DNA from: Candidatus Gottesmanbacteria bacterium
GTDB taxonomy: Bacteria > Patescibacteriota > Microgenomatia > UBA10105 > UBA927
DNA: 64,000 nt
Assembly (NCBI GenBank): GCA_963714095.1
Contig: OY970230.1
Location: 388,740-452,739, forward strand
Direction: 5' to 3'
Shown here: positions 39,094-49,635 of the stretch, in pieces
How the letters are laid out: each line of letters opens with the position of its first letter
How positions within the stretch are numbered: position 1 is the stretch's first letter
The notes under the pieces: model-generated
The model's input: only the letters and a program-made list of their open reading frames with translations
Database searches by the model: none
Told to the model about the DNA's origin: nothing
Translations under genes and position numbers: made by a program

Positions 39094-39468
39094 TTAATAG
39101 ACCTCCGGCGCCATGCTGATAATTTTGTCAAATCCTTTTTCCTTCAGTTCCCGGGCAACCGGGCCAAAAACGCGTGTACCGCGCGGATTTTTGTCAACGT
39201 CGTTATCAATGAGTACTCCCGCATTATCATCGAAACGGATGTATGACCCGTCAGCCCGATGATATTCCTTGTGTGTACGGACGATAACCACTTTCACGAG
39301 TTCGTCATCTTTCACCATACCCTGCGGGTCGACCTTACGGACGACACACTGCACGATATCACCCAAGCGCGCGAAATTCTGTTTCGATGCGCCGTAAATA
39401 TGGATAATCGACATCAACTGAACTCCTGAATTATCCGCGGCATGTATTTTTGTTTTTCGTTGAACCAT
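39094..39468 (-). CDS. rplN: 50S ribosomal protein L14
   Basis: MVQRKTKIHAADNSGV... Confidence 0.95.
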   Translation of the reverse strand: MVQRKTKIHAADNSGVQLMSIIHIYGASKQNFARLGDIVQCVVRKVDPQGMVKDDELVKVVIVRTHKEYHRADGSYIRFDDNAGVLIDNDVDKNPRGTRVFGPVARELKEKGFDKIISMAPEVY

Positions 39469-39469
39469 A

Positions 39470-39703
39470 TTATCCTACCTTTGCAACTACAATAAAGTGT
39501 TTGCGTTTACTCATTGGCTTGGATTCCCTGATCTCTACCTTATCTCCAACCGCAATACCCGCAATTTCATTATGTACGGCGAATTTCCGGTGCCGTTTGA
39601 CTGCCTTTTTATAGAGCGGATGCCTGAATAAATGCACGACCTCAACCGTAATCGTCTTTTGCATGCCAACCGATGTCACAATGCCTGCCTGAGTGTTATT
39701 CAT
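39470..39703 (-). CDS. rpsQ: 30S ribosomal protein S17
   Basis: ...TGIVTSVGMQKTITVEV... Confidence 0.9.
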   Translation of the reverse strand: MNNTQAGIVTSVGMQKTITVEVVHLFRHPLYKKAVKRHRKFAVHNEIAGIAVGDKVEIRESKPMSKRKHFIVVAKVG

Positions 39704-39902
39704 GAATAAGCTCCTTTTGTCGCATGAGTGTTGAGACACGTGCAATTTTCCTGCGCAGCGCCTTTCCCTCACGTACATTTTTAGACTGTTTAGTGTACCG
39801 GTTCATAGTAAGAATGGCAAGAGCGGTTTTGGCATCAACCAGCACTTTACCCAATTCTGCTGCGTTCATCGACTGTAATGACGTTCTTTCTTTCTTTTTC
39901 AT
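39696..39902 (-). CDS. rpmC: 50S ribosomal protein L29
   Basis: ...[17 protein letters not shown]... Confidence 0.85.
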   Translation of the reverse strand: MKKKERTSLQSMNAAELGKVLVDAKTALAILTMNRYTKQSKNVREGKALRRKIARVSTLMRQKELIHE

Positions 39903-39903
39903 A

Positions 39904-40311
39904 CTATTCCTTTACGACGAATATTGTCCTGACCGGCAATTTGGCCGCGGCCAGCCGCAATGACTCGACAGCCTGCTCATGTGAAATCCCGGCCATTTCA
40001 AATAAAATCCGTCCGGGACGCACAACTGCAACATATTCAAATACATCCCCTTTTCCACTCCCCATACGGGTTTCGGGCGGTTTGTGCGTGACCGGCTTAT
40101 CCGGAAATATGCGTATCCAAATACGGCCGCCCCGTCTCGTTGAGTGAGTCAGTGCTCTGCGCGCGGCCTCTATCTGCCGGCTGGTTACCCATCCGTCGGT
40201 CACAGCCTTCAGGCCGTAGTCTCCGAAATCCACATGGGACCCGCGGATCGATACTCCTGTCCGTTTTCCTCTGAATGCTTTCCGATGTTTTGCCCGTCTT
40301 GGTGCTAACAT
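39904..40311 (-). CDS. rplP: 50S ribosomal protein L16
   Basis: [15 protein letters not shown]... Confidence 0.95.
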   Translation of the reverse strand: MLAPRRAKHRKAFRGKRTGVSIRGSHVDFGDYGLKAVTDGWVTSRQIEAARRALTHSTRRGGRIWIRIFPDKPVTHKPPETRMGSGKGDVFEYVAVVRPGRILFEMAGISHEQAVESLRLAAAKLPVRTIFVVKE

Positions 40312-40320
40312 AATTTTTCC

Positions 40321-41007
40321 TTACGCCGTTTTCCGGCAAATCCATACTTTCACGCCGATATATCCTGATTTCGTAAGCGCCGGAACGATAGCATAATCAA
40401 TATCCTCCCGGATCGTCGAAAGCGGTACCGTCCCCGACTGAAATTTTTCCCGGCGATGAATTTCGGCACCGTTAATTCGTCCGGACAGGAGTATCTTTAC
40501 TCCTTTGGCGCCGGACGTCATTGCGCGCTCGATTGCCATATTGCAGATGCGTTTATATGGCATACGTTTAATGAGCTGATCACAAATATTGACAGCTACC
40601 AAATATGCATTCAGATTCGGTTCTTTTACCGGTTCAACCGAGACTTCCACCTTAGAACGGTTAGCTCCCTGCGATACTTTTTGTTTACGTTCATACGGAT
40701 CCGGATGACCTAAATCCGTCAGAATAAATTTTTCAATGTATTTTTTAAGATCTTCCATGCCTGCACCTCCGCGGCCGATAACGACACCAGGACGCGATAC
40801 GTGCAAAGTGACTTTTACCTTATTAATGGACCGCTCGATTTCCACATTGGCTAACCCCGCCGGCTTAAGCCTCGCAAATAACATATTGCGCAGGGTGTTA
40901 TCCTGCAACAAAAGCTGTTTATAATGTCTTGAATCGGCAAACCACCGTGACCCCCACGTAAATGTGCTGCCTATTCTGAACCCTTTCGGATTAATTTTTT
41001 GTCCCAT
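40321..41007 (-). CDS. rpsC: 30S ribosomal protein S3
   Basis: MGQKINPKGFRIG... Confidence 0.95.
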   Translation of the reverse strand: MGQKINPKGFRIGSTFTWGSRWFADSRHYKQLLLQDNTLRNMLFARLKPAGLANVEIERSINKVKVTLHVSRPGVVIGRGGAGMEDLKKYIEKFILTDLGHPDPYERKQKVSQGANRSKVEVSVEPVKEPNLNAYLVAVNICDQLIKRMPYKRICNMAIERAMTSGAKGVKILLSGRINGAEIHRREKFQSGTVPLSTIREDIDYAIVPALTKSGYIGVKVWICRKTA

Positions 41008-41015
41008 ATTTTTAA

Positions 41016-41402
41016 TTATTTAACGTTTTTCTTCTCTAATTTTTTAACAGTTTCATTTTTATTCTTAGTTATTTCCGTTTCCGTAAGAATAATTCGTATA
41101 TGTGTCATCCTCTTCTTAAACGGGTGTGCCTGTCCGCGTGACACGGCGTGCCATCGTTTCATCGCCGGCCCACCCATAATTTCAATCGTTTTAAAACGAA
41201 GCACATCCTCGGCTACATCCTTTTGTTTTGCGTTTGCTATCGCCGAGGCAATGGTTTTCCATAACGGCTTTGCTGCACTTTTTTGCATTTGTGACAATGC
41301 TGCCAGCGCTGCAACTGGTGTAAGCTTTCGCACCGAGTCCGCGACCAATCGCACTTTGCGGGTCGAAACTCTGACATATTTTGTTGTTGCTTCGTATTCC
41401 AT
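41016..41402 (-). CDS. rplV: 50S ribosomal protein L22
   Basis: ...KYVRVSTRKVRLVAD... Confidence 0.9.
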   Translation of the reverse strand: MEYEATTKYVRVSTRKVRLVADSVRKLTPVAALAALSQMQKSAAKPLWKTIASAIANAKQKDVAEDVLRFKTIEIMGGPAMKRWHAVSRGQAHPFKKRMTHIRIILTETEITKNKNETVKKLEKKNVK

Positions 41403-41406
41403 ATTT

Positions 41407-41691
41407 TTATGTTTTATCCATTGTTCTCTTCGTTACCTGTCCATGACCTCTGAATGTCCGGGTCGGGGCGAATTCGCCGAACCGGTGCCCTACCATTCCT
41501 TCAGTCACAAATACTTCTATATGTACCCTCCCGTTATGTACACCGAACCGGTGCCCCACAAATTCCGGCGCAATCTGACTAGCGCGTGACCATGTTTTAA
41601 TGGGCGACCTGTCACCGCTCCCCTTCTGTTTATTAATTTTTGCCAAGAGTCTCCGGTCTATATATGGTCCTTTTTTACTGCTTCGTGCCAT
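41407..41691 (-). CDS. rpsS: 30S ribosomal protein S19
   Basis: [12 protein letters not shown]... Confidence 0.95.
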   Translation of the reverse strand: MARSSKKGPYIDRRLLAKINKQKGSGDRSPIKTWSRASQIAPEFVGHRFGVHNGRVHIEVFVTEGMVGHRFGEFAPTRTFRGHGQVTKRTMDKT

Positions 41692-41693
41692 AA

Positions 41694-42449
41694 TTACTTT
41701 CTCCTCAATAAAATAAATCTATTACTGTATTTTTTCTTTGACCTTGTTTTCTTACCAAGTGTATGCTTCCCCCACGGACTCTTGGGACTGCTCATACCGA
41801 TCCCTGATCGTCCTTCACCGCCGCCGTGCGGATGACTTCTCGGATCCTGGGCAACGCCACGGACGGTAGGCCGTATTCCCATATGCCGACTACGACCTGC
41901 TTTTCCTATAACTTCGTTTCTATGGTCTACATTGCCGATCTGCCCGACCGTTGCCCGGCACGTTGCAGAAAATACTCTGGTTTCCCCGGACGGAAGCTTC
42001 AATTGTACCGCATTTCCGTCTTTCGCCAAAACGACAGCGGCACCTCCCGCGCTGCGGATCATTTGTGCACCGTGTCCCGGTTTGATTTCGATGTTATGAA
42101 TAAGGGTTCCAACCGGAATAGCAGCGAGCGTCAATGAATTTCCCGGTTTAATATCTGCTGTGTCACTTGCTACCACTGTGGCGCCCACTTCCAGTCCTAG
42201 CGGCGCTACAATGTAGCGCTTCTCACCGTCAGTATAATTTAAAAGAGCAATCTGGCTCGTGCGGTTCGGATCATATTCAATCGCGACGACTTTTGCTTTC
42301 ACATCGAGTTTATCCCGTTTCCAGTCAATAATACGGTAATACCTCTTATGACGACCCCCTATGTGCCGCATGGACACATGACCGAACACGTCACGTCCGG
42401 AATTCTTCGGCAAAATAATCGTCAGACTTTTTGGTGTTGAAAATTCCAT
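41694..42449 (-). CDS. rplB: 50S ribosomal protein L2
   Basis: ...GRNxxGxIT.RHRGGGHKR-like region... Confidence 0.95.
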   Translation of the reverse strand: MEFSTPKSLTIILPKNSGRDVFGHVSMRHIGGRHKRYYRIIDWKRDKLDVKAKVVAIEYDPNRTSQIALLNYTDGEKRYIVAPLGLEVGATVVASDTADIKPGNSLTLAAIPVGTLIHNIEIKPGHGAQMIRSAGGAAVVLAKDGNAVQLKLPSGETRVFSATCRATVGQIGNVDHRNEVIGKAGRSRHMGIRPTVRGVAQDPRSHPHGGGEGRSGIGMSSPKSPWGKHTLGKKTRSKKKYSNRFILLRRK

Positions 42450-42451
42450 AT

Positions 42452-42802
42452 TTATTTCTTCTTCTCAGCAGATTTTATATCTTCAACTTTCTTTTTTTCT
42501 TCAACCGGTGTTTCCTGCTGTGTCACTTCAAATGCATCTATGTGTTGTCCCGATTTAAGAAGCAATATTGCTTTTTTCCAATCTTCTTTATGCTTTGTTA
42601 TCATTTTTTTACCGGTCCGGCGTACTTTCCCATGCATGGCAATAGTCCGCACGCTCAACACATTCACGCTGTACATGCGCTCGATAAGTTTCACTATTTC
42701 CTCTTTGCGGGCATGCTTATCAACGGCGAACGTATACCAACCGCGTGATGCAAGCCCCAATGATTTTTCAGAAATTAATGGTCGAAATACAAGTGGTTGC
42801 AT
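42452..42802 (-). CDS. rplW: 50S ribosomal protein L23 (with a K/E-rich C-terminal tail)
   Basis: ...[25 protein letters not shown]... Confidence 0.9.
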   Translation of the reverse strand: MQPLVFRPLISEKSLGLASRGWYTFAVDKHARKEEIVKLIERMYSVNVLSVRTIAMHGKVRRTGKKMITKHKEDWKKAILLLKSGQHIDAFEVTQQETPVEEKKKVEDIKSAEKKK

Positions 42803-42803
42803 A

Positions 42804-43529
42804 TTATTTTCTTAACTCCCCGATAGCTTCTTTCATGAATACGACTTTTCCGTGCATCAAAACGCTATAGGTATTTACTTCCGAAACAGGTAGTATATCC
42901 ACGCCTTCGATGTTGCGGCCTGCCCGCACCAAGACTGCTGATTCTTTCGGGGTTATGAGCAGTGTTCTGCGTGTTGCTCCAACGGCAGTCAATGCGCCGG
43001 CCACTACTTTTGTTTTCGCAACAGCTGACAAACCGGAAACGACGATGATATTTTTATTACTGAGTTGCTGGGTCAGTGCACTGGCCAGTGCGACATGTTT
43101 CATTTTCCGAGGAAACGCCAGGGAGTAATCGCGTGGTTTTGGACCAAATACGATGCCTCCGCCGACAAAAATAGGAGCGCGGATCCCACCATGCCGTGCT
43201 TTTCCCGTCCCTTTCTGTTTATAGATTTTTCGTGTTGATCCTTCTACTTCACCGCGAGTTTTGGTACTGGCATGTCCCACACGCTGGTTGGCAAGATAAA
43301 CCCGAACCGCCTGCGCCATGAGCTGCTTGTTAATTTTCGCTGCAAATAAATCCGCCGGAAGTGTCATAGATCCCGCTGCTTTCCCGTCCAAACCAACCAC
43401 AGAAATCCGGACTCCTTTTGTAGAATCCAGCTCTTCTTTAACGGCAGTCTTCGTTGATTCCACAACTTTTTTTGCTTTTATCACCTTCACTGCCTTCACT
43501 TTTTTTACTGGTTTTTTTTTGACTGCCAT
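42804..43529 (-). CDS. rplD: 50S ribosomal protein L4 (with a K-rich N-terminal extension)
   Basis: Typical L4 core. Confidence 0.9.
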   Translation of the reverse strand: MAVKKKPVKKVKAVKVIKAKKVVESTKTAVKEELDSTKGVRISVVGLDGKAAGSMTLPADLFAAKINKQLMAQAVRVYLANQRVGHASTKTRGEVEGSTRKIYKQKGTGKARHGGIRAPIFVGGGIVFGPKPRDYSLAFPRKMKHVALASALTQQLSNKNIIVVSGLSAVAKTKVVAGALTAVGATRRTLLITPKESAVLVRAGRNIEGVDILPVSEVNTYSVLMHGKVVFMKEAIGELRK

Positions 43530-43531
43530 AG

Positions 43532-44149
43532 TTATGCTTTCTGAATAACAAGGAGGCTGTTTTTCGCCCCGGGAACCAATCCTTTTACGGTTAATATATT
43601 TTTTTCTGCATTAACGCTGACAACTTTGAGTCCTTTCACAGTTACCTGATCGCTGCCCATCCGTCCTGCCATGCGTTTACCCTTAAACACGCGTCCCGGA
43701 GTTGTAGTCATGCCAATAGAACCCGGGGCCCGTTCGCGGTCTGACTGACCGTGAGTTTTGGGTCCGCCTTGAAAATGATGCCTTTTCACCCCACCGGCAA
43801 ATCCTTTACCTTTGGAGATTCCCATGACAGTGATAGCATCACCAACAGCAAATACATCACTTACATTAACTTGTACCCCCGGTTTTTCTGTTTCTGCAAC
43901 CTCGGAAACCACGAAACTTCGCAAAAAACGGAGCTTTTTGTCGAGCCCCGCTTTTTTTATGTGTCCGATTTCGGCTTTAGATAAATTTTTTGTTTCACTG
44001 AATCCGAGCTGGATACTTTTATACGTCGGCGTTTGTTCGATATGAGTAATCCAGCACGGGCCAGCCTCAATTTCCGTGACCGGCAACCGCTTGCCCTCAG
44101 CGGTAAAGGTCTGTGTCGGTCCTATTTTTCTTCCCAATAATGCCTGCAT
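43532..44149 (-). CDS. rplC: 50S ribosomal protein L3
   Basis: MQALLGRKIGPTQTF... The track ORF extends 45 codons upstream through the leader. Confidence 0.9.
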   Translation of the reverse strand: MQALLGRKIGPTQTFTAEGKRLPVTEIEAGPCWITHIEQTPTYKSIQLGFSETKNLSKAEIGHIKKAGLDKKLRFLRSFVVSEVAETEKPGVQVNVSDVFAVGDAITVMGISKGKGFAGGVKRHHFQGGPKTHGQSDRERAPGSIGMTTTPGRVFKGKRMAGRMGSDQVTVKGLKVVSVNAEKNILTVKGLVPGAKNSLLVIQKA

Positions 44150-44160
44150 AGTTTTTAGCC

Positions 44161-44185
44161 AAAAAAAATGACCTCGGTTGAGGTC
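44161..44185 (-). terminator. Terminator-like hairpin in the 136-nt rpsJ-rplC spacer, 12 nt before the rplC ATG
   Basis: Minus strand GACCTCaaccGAGGTC followed by aTTTTTTTT. Confidence 0.55.
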
Positions 44186-44285
44186 GTTTAGACTCATCCG
44201 AGACTTTTGGTATAGTTCAGAAATGAAAGGTTTTTCCCTCCATATCGGTCTAAATAGTATACCAGAGTATCTACGAGAACACAAT

Positions 44286-44594
44286 TTACATTTTAATTTC
44301 TACATCCACGCCGGCCGGCAAGTCCAAATGCATAAGCTGATCAATCGTTTTGTCGGTCGGTTCAAGAATATCAACCAGGCGCTTATGCGTCTTGATCATA
44401 AAATCCTCGCGGCTATTGCGATCAATGAAAGGACTCCTCGCGACATTAAAGTGCTCCCTGTCGGTTGGCAGTGGGATTGGTCCCACGACACGAGCGCCGG
44501 TGCGAACGGCTGTGTCTAAAATCTTCTGGCAGCAGTCATCAATAATCCTGCTGTCATAGGCTTTTAGCCTAACTCGTATTCGTCCTTTCGGCAT
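44286..44594 (-). CDS. rpsJ: 30S ribosomal protein S10
   Basis: ...[10 protein letters not shown]... Confidence 0.95.
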   Translation of the reverse strand: MPKGRIRVRLKAYDSRIIDDCCQKILDTAVRTGARVVGPIPLPTDREHFNVARSPFIDRNSREDFMIKTHKRLVDILEPTDKTIDQLMHLDLPAGVDVEIKM

Positions 44595-44618
44595 ATTATC
44601 TCTTAAAGAGCCTGAATT

Positions 44619-45806
44619 TTACGCGATGATCTTCGTTACTGCTCCCGCTCCTACCGTGTGTCCGCCCTCGCGGATAGCAAACCGTTGTCCCTCTTCAAGG
44701 GCAACCGGCACGATGAGCTTTGCGACCATCTTTGTATTGTCTCCCGGCATCACCATTTCCACACCATCCGGCAATTTAATTTCACCGGTGATATCCGTAG
44801 TCTTAATATAAAATTGCGGCCGGTATCCGGTAAAGAACGGTGTATGACGCCCACCCTCTTCTTTTGCAAGCACATAAATCTGTGCCTCAAACTCCGTATG
44901 CGGCTTGACTGATCCCGGTTTTGCAAGCACTTGGCCCCGCTCAACCTGATCTTTTTCTATACCACGGAGAAGTATTCCGACGTTATCGCCGGCCTGTCCT
45001 TCATCCAGGAGTTTCCGAAACATTTCAACTCCTGTAACGACGCTTGTTTGAGTGGGCCGAATACCCACAATTTCAACCGTGTCGTTAACCTTCACGCGGC
45101 CACGTTCGATGCGACCCGTAACAACCGTTCCGCGACCTTTAATCGAGAAAATATCCTCGATCGGCATAAGGAACGGCTTCTCAAGATCCCGGACCGGTGT
45201 GGGTATGTATTCATCAATCGTGTCCATGAGTTTCATGATCTGCTTCTCAGCCTCCGGATCACCCTGAAGTGCTTTCAAAGCGCTCCCTCTGATAACCGGG
45301 ATTTTGTCGCCGGGAAATCCGTTTTTCGTCAGAAGTTCACGGACTTCCATCTCGACCAGATCCAGAAGTTCCGCGTCCTGCACCATGTCGCATTTATTCA
45401 TGAATACGACGATTGCCGGCACGTTTACCTGTTTTGCAAGCAAAATGTGCTCGCGGGTTTGCGGCATCGGACCGTCCGGAGCTGATACCACCAAAATGGC
45501 GCCATCCATTTGTGCGGCGCCGGTGATCATATTTTTCACGTAGTCAGCATGACCGGGAGCATCAATGTGCGCATAGTGTCGTTTCTTCGTCTCGTATTCC
45601 GAGTGATGAATGTTGATGGTGACACCCCGGGCTTTTTCCTCCGGAGCGCTGTCAATTTCTTCGTATTTGAGAGCTTTGGCGAGTCCCTGTTTGGCCAATA
45701 CGTGCGTAATGGCGCTGGTTAACGTGGTCTTTCCATGGTCAACGTGACCAATGGTCCCGATATTTAAATGCGGTTTTGTGCGTTCATATTTTTTCTGGTC
45801 TGCCAT
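44619..45806 (-). CDS. tuf: Elongation factor Tu
   Basis: [25 protein letters not shown]. Confidence 0.97.
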   Translation of the reverse strand: MADQKKYERTKPHLNIGTIGHVDHGKTTLTSAITHVLAKQGLAKALKYEEIDSAPEEKARGVTINIHHSEYETKKRHYAHIDAPGHADYVKNMITGAAQMDGAILVVSAPDGPMPQTREHILLAKQVNVPAIVVFMNKCDMVQDAELLDLVEMEVRELLTKNGFPGDKIPVIRGSALKALQGDPEAEKQIMKLMDTIDEYIPTPVRDLEKPFLMPIEDIFSIKGRGTVVTGRIERGRVKVNDTVEIVGIRPTQTSVVTGVEMFRKLLDEGQAGDNVGILLRGIEKDQVERGQVLAKPGSVKPHTEFEAQIYVLAKEEGGRHTPFFTGYRPQFYIKTTDITGEIKLPDGVEMVMPGDNTKMVAKLIVPVALEEGQRFAIREGGHTVGAGAVTKIIA

Positions 45807-45862
45807 AGATCCTCCTTACGACAATAAATTAATACAGCTAATTGCTTAGCTTTGTAGTTGGT

Positions 45863-45892
45863 ATTGTACCACAGGCTGGGTAAGCTTGACAA
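45863..45892 (-). promoter_or_regulatory. Sigma70-like promoter for tuf (TTGTCA-18-TACAAT)
   Basis: Minus strand TTGTCAagcttacccagcctgtggTACAAT, followed by a 56-nt leader and SD. Confidence 0.5.
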
Positions 45893-45896
45893 TAGC

Positions 45897-48029
45897 TTAT
45901 CTATTTACTTCCCCCGGAGAGCGGGCGCGGCCGGATGTTTCGATGATTTTTTCCTGGATATTTCGGGGCACTTCTTCGTAGTGGGACGGCTCCATGTAAT
46001 ACGTGGCGCGGCCTTTGGACATACTGCGCAGTGTTGTTGCGTAGCCGGAAAGCTCCGCGAGAGGCACCATAGCCAAAATAACCGTTACAAAGCCCCGTTT
46101 TGTGGTTCCGAGAATTTGGGAACGTTTGGCGCCGAGGTCTCCGATCACATCTCCCATAAATTCGTCGGGAGTCGTCACCTCAACCTTCATGATCGGCTCT
46201 AAGATAGTGGCCTGCGCTTGCTTAACTGCATTTTGCAACGCCATGGAACCTGCGATTTTGAATGCCATTTCATTTGAGTCAACTTCATGATAGGTTCCGT
46301 CATAGAGGTTTACCTGCATGTCAACCAAGGGATACCCTGCAATGACGCCGTTTTCCATAGCTTCGTGAATACCCTTTTCAATAGGTGCAATAAATTCTTT
46401 CGGAATTGCTCCGCCTTTAATATCATTCACGAATTCATACCCTTCGCCGCGACCCTTGGGCTCAATGGTAATAAAACAGTGCCCGTATTGTCCGCGGCCA
46501 CCTGATTGACGGATATATTTCCCCTCTCCCTCGGCTTTAACTTTGATCGTCTCTTTGTACGCAACCTGCGGCGCCCCAACATTACACTCCACTTTGAACT
46601 CGCGCTTCATACGGTCAACCAAAATCTCAAGATGGAGCTCTCCCATACCCCAGATAATGGTCTGATTGGTTTCGAGATTGCTTTTAATTTTAAACGTCGG
46701 GTCTTCCTCAGAGAGCCGCTGAAGCGCATAGCCCATTTTTTCCTGGTCATTTTTCGTCTTGGGCTCGATGGCAAGCGAAATGACCGGTTCAGGGAACGTA
46801 ATTTTCTCAAGAATAATCGGGCTGTCTTTGTCACAAATCGTATCGCCGGTAATGGTATCTTTAAATCCCACGACTGCAACGATTTCTCCGGCATAGGCTT
46901 CTTTGATTTCCTCACGCTGGTTTGCATGCATCAGAAGCAGCCGCCCAACGCGCTCGGCAACACCTTTGGTTGAATTATATGCGTAGGAGCCGGACTGCAG
47001 GCGCCCGGAATAAATACGCACATAGGTAAGCTTTCCCACATGCGGATCAATCTGGATTTTGAATGCCAGGCCGCAGAATTTTTCTTCCTTCGTGCGTTTA
47101 CGCGTAATCTTTGCTTCTGTTTTCGGATCCGTACCGGCGACTGCAGGAAGATCAAGAGGGCTTGGTAAATAATCCACAACCGCATCAAGAAGCGGCTGGA
47201 CACCTTTATTCCGGAGGCTTGATCCCGCATAAATCGGAACGAGCTTATACCCGATGACGGCGCGCCGGAGTGCTGCTTTGAGCTCGTCAACACTTGGTAC
47301 TTCACCGTTCAAAAATTTTTCAAGCAACGCATCGTCGGTTTCACTGATCCGTTCGATAAGATCTGCACGCGACTTCTCGACGTCGTCTTTGAGTTCTGCC
47401 GGAACTTCAACTTCATCGGGGTGTGCTCCCAAATCGTCAGTTTTCCAGACATACGCTTTACGTGTTAAAAGTTCTACGATTCCTTTAAACGTATTTTCCC
47501 TACCAATCGGCACAACCATAACGGCACACCGGGCGCCCAACCGCTCTTCAATGGATTTAATTGTGGCGCGAAAATCCGCTCCCAATTTGTCCATTTTATT
47601 GATAAAACAAAGTCGCGGTACGGCGTATTTGTCTGCCTGATGCCACACAGTCTCCGACTGTGACTGCACGCCCTCTTCTGCGTCCAGTACGGTAATTCCT
47701 CCGTCGAGTACACGAAGCGACCGTTCGACTTCTGCAGTGAAATCAACATGTCCGGGGGTATCAATGATATTAAAGCGGAATCCTTTCCAAAAAGTGGTCG
47801 TAGCTGCGGAAACGATCGTAATGCCGCGTTCGCGCTCCTGTTCCATCCAGTCCATTTGCGTGGTGCCTTCATCGATATCGCCGATTTTGTAGCTGCGGCC
47901 GGTGTAATAGAGGATGCGCTCTGTGGTGGTAGTTTTGCCCGCGTCAATGTGCGCGATAATCCCGATGTTCCGGACTTTATCAAGCGGTACATCTCTCTGT
48001 TCTGTCGTAATAGTAGTAGGAGCTGCCAT
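45897..48029 (-). CDS. fusA: Elongation factor G
   Basis: [18 protein letters not shown]. 710 aa. Confidence 0.97.
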   Translation of the reverse strand: MAAPTTITTEQRDVPLDKVRNIGIIAHIDAGKTTTTERILYYTGRSYKIGDIDEGTTQMDWMEQERERGITIVSAATTTFWKGFRFNIIDTPGHVDFTAEVERSLRVLDGGITVLDAEEGVQSQSETVWHQADKYAVPRLCFINKMDKLGADFRATIKSIEERLGARCAVMVVPIGRENTFKGIVELLTRKAYVWKTDDLGAHPDEVEVPAELKDDVEKSRADLIERISETDDALLEKFLNGEVPSVDELKAALRRAVIGYKLVPIYAGSSLRNKGVQPLLDAVVDYLPSPLDLPAVAGTDPKTEAKITRKRTKEEKFCGLAFKIQIDPHVGKLTYVRIYSGRLQSGSYAYNSTKGVAERVGRLLLMHANQREEIKEAYAGEIVAVVGFKDTITGDTICDKDSPIILEKITFPEPVISLAIEPKTKNDQEKMGYALQRLSEEDPTFKIKSNLETNQTIIWGMGELHLEILVDRMKREFKVECNVGAPQVAYKETIKVKAEGEGKYIRQSGGRGQYGHCFITIEPKGRGEGYEFVNDIKGGAIPKEFIAPIEKGIHEAMENGVIAGYPLVDMQVNLYDGTYHEVDSNEMAFKIAGSMALQNAVKQAQATILEPIMKVEVTTPDEFMGDVIGDLGAKRSQILGTTKRGFVTVILAMVPLAELSGYATTLRSMSKGRATYYMEPSHYEEVPRNIQEKIIETSGRARSPGEVNR

Positions 48030-48040
48030 AGTGTGAAATC

Positions 48041-48068
48041 AAAAAAAACTGTTCCGCCTGTGGAACAG
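48041..48068 (-). terminator. Rho-independent terminator 12 nt upstream of the fusA ATG (CTGTTCC-acaggc-GGAACAG + T8)
   Basis: Read directly from the sequence. Confidence 0.7.
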
Positions 48069-48087
48069 CCGTGTTTCATACGAGGAT

Positions 48088-48116
48088 ATTGTACTAAAAA
48101 ATCCCTCGGGTGTCTA
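48088..48116 (-). promoter_or_regulatory. Sigma70-like promoter (TAGACA-17-TACAAT) upstream of the terminator. The -35 overlaps the stop codon of the preceding gene
   Basis: Minus strand gTAGACAcccgagggattttttagTACAATatcctcg. Confidence 0.45.
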
Positions 48117-48842
48117 CTGATGTCCCAATGCCTGACTGAGAATAGCATTGGCTTGAATAACGGGTTGAAGAATACTTTCCCTTTGTTCTTGATTCGGTAC
48201 TTTCACACCTTCCCGTAACTTTTGCTGTAAATTCTGAAAGATAGATTTTGTTCTATCAACAAAAACGGTGAACAAATCATGGTTCTTCCATAAAACATCC
48301 GCCGAAAAATTCCTCATGGCTAAATAATAATGCAGATAATGGCTACCCATATCCCCATATAATCGATCGGCATATATAAATCTGAATGGGTTCCCTGACT
48401 CATTGCTGTATAGGTCATACGTGCGCATCTTAAATTCTTCCATTTTGTTGGGCCCTGTATGTGCTGAAGCAACGAATAACAACTTCGGACGTTCACTATC
48501 CCCCATCCCCAGGAAAATATGTTCTTGAGAATCTTCAGGTCTAAAATTTGTGATATCAATGAGGTCTTGGTGTTCCGGGAGATAATAATATTGGCTAATC
48601 AATCGTGCTATCGCGGGAGTTTCATATATTTTCTGGCTATATCCACCATATAGCATAACAGCTTCTTTATATTTTTCTGGAACCTGAATATTCAAAATCT
48701 CATGAAGCGGTTTCTCTCCATAACCGCTAACTGCAAGCATTGCCTGCGCTGCTCCTACGATATCTGATGGATTTTCGTGAATACTGGACATACAAATTTC
48801 GGCAAGACGCAGTATTATAACAATCAATTCTTGGATTTGCAA
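48114..48842 (-). CDS. Hypothetical protein (242 aa)
   Basis: ORF only; no recognised motifs. Confidence 0.45.
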   Translation of the reverse strand: MQIQELIVIILRLAEICMSSIHENPSDIVGAAQAMLAVSGYGEKPLHEILNIQVPEKYKEAVMLYGGYSQKIYETPAIARLISQYYYLPEHQDLIDITNFRPEDSQEHIFLGMGDSERPKLLFVASAHTGPNKMEEFKMRTYDLYSNESGNPFRFIYADRLYGDMGSHYLHYYLAMRNFSADVLWKNHDLFTVFVDRTKSIFQNLQQKLREGVKVPNQEQRESILQPVIQANAILSQALGHQ

Positions 48843-48845
48843 AAA

Positions 48846-49298
48846 TTAGCTTATTGTGACGCTCTTTGTTGCATGATACAGAAACAAAAAGCCATATGAT
48901 AGAGCCACGACGAAACCAACAGCCGTAAGCGGGCCCCATAAATAACCAAGGTGATGGAAGCCGAGGAGAAAGAGTAAATTCAGCGAGGAATTGGCGATCG
49001 GCCAGAAGATGACGATTGCGGTTAGGATAATCCGTTCGATAACGGCTTTATCATGAAATTTCCAGTGCCGCATAACGAATGCCGTTGCCTCCCGAAAAAG
49101 TAAAACAATCAGGTATATCCCGATTATTTCTGCCGGAATGCAGAGAAAATACAGAAGCGGATAGGTTTCCACCCACGGCGCAATCACCAAATTTGCTTCC
49201 CTTCCCCCCATCCACTTAATCGCCCAATAGGAAACGACATTATCGAAAACGAAGTAAAAACTAAGTAGGATCCACGAAACTTTTTTGGAAAGAAACAT
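48846..49298 (-). CDS. Small 4-transmembrane membrane protein, DUF5658-like (E-A-N motif)
   Basis: FDNVVSYWAIKWMGGREANLVIAPW. The family assignment is a recollection. Confidence 0.4.
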   Translation of the reverse strand: MFLSKKVSWILLSFYFVFDNVVSYWAIKWMGGREANLVIAPWVETYPLLYFLCIPAEIIGIYLIVLLFREATAFVMRHWKFHDKAVIERIILTAIVIFWPIANSSLNLLFLLGFHHLGYLWGPLTAVGFVVALSYGFLFLYHATKSVTIS

Positions 49299-49324
49299 AG
49301 TATTTATTGTACATCCCGAGATTC

Positions 49325-49564
49325 TTAGTCGCTCAAACGGACTTCATGTGTTTCACCTGTTAACTCATCATCTGGGGGAAAAACAGTGACGGTAACTTTT
49401 TCGTGGCGTTGTAATCTCTCCACTACCCGTCCCAATAATGAAGCCACATCAAAAAATCTCGGATGGGAAACCCGTGCGTCCGGTGGCAACATACCACCGC
49501 CATCGTGTTGCTCTACCAATACTCCGGTAACTCGTTTTTGTGCCGGACGATCTTCTGCATTCAT
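49325..49564 (-). CDS. Hypothetical small protein (79 aa), uncertain
   Basis: ORF with TATAAT 6 nt upstream of the ATG and no SD. Confidence 0.3.
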   Translation of the reverse strand: MNAEDRPAQKRVTGVLVEQHDGGGMLPPDARVSHPRFFDVASLLGRVVERLQRHEKVTVTVFPPDDELTGETHEVRLSD

Positions 49565-49635
49565 TGCGTTATTATAGCCATCCAGGCGCTTTTGTCGAGA
49601 GGAAAACGTGTGTCTACCGATTATATTTGTTTAGG

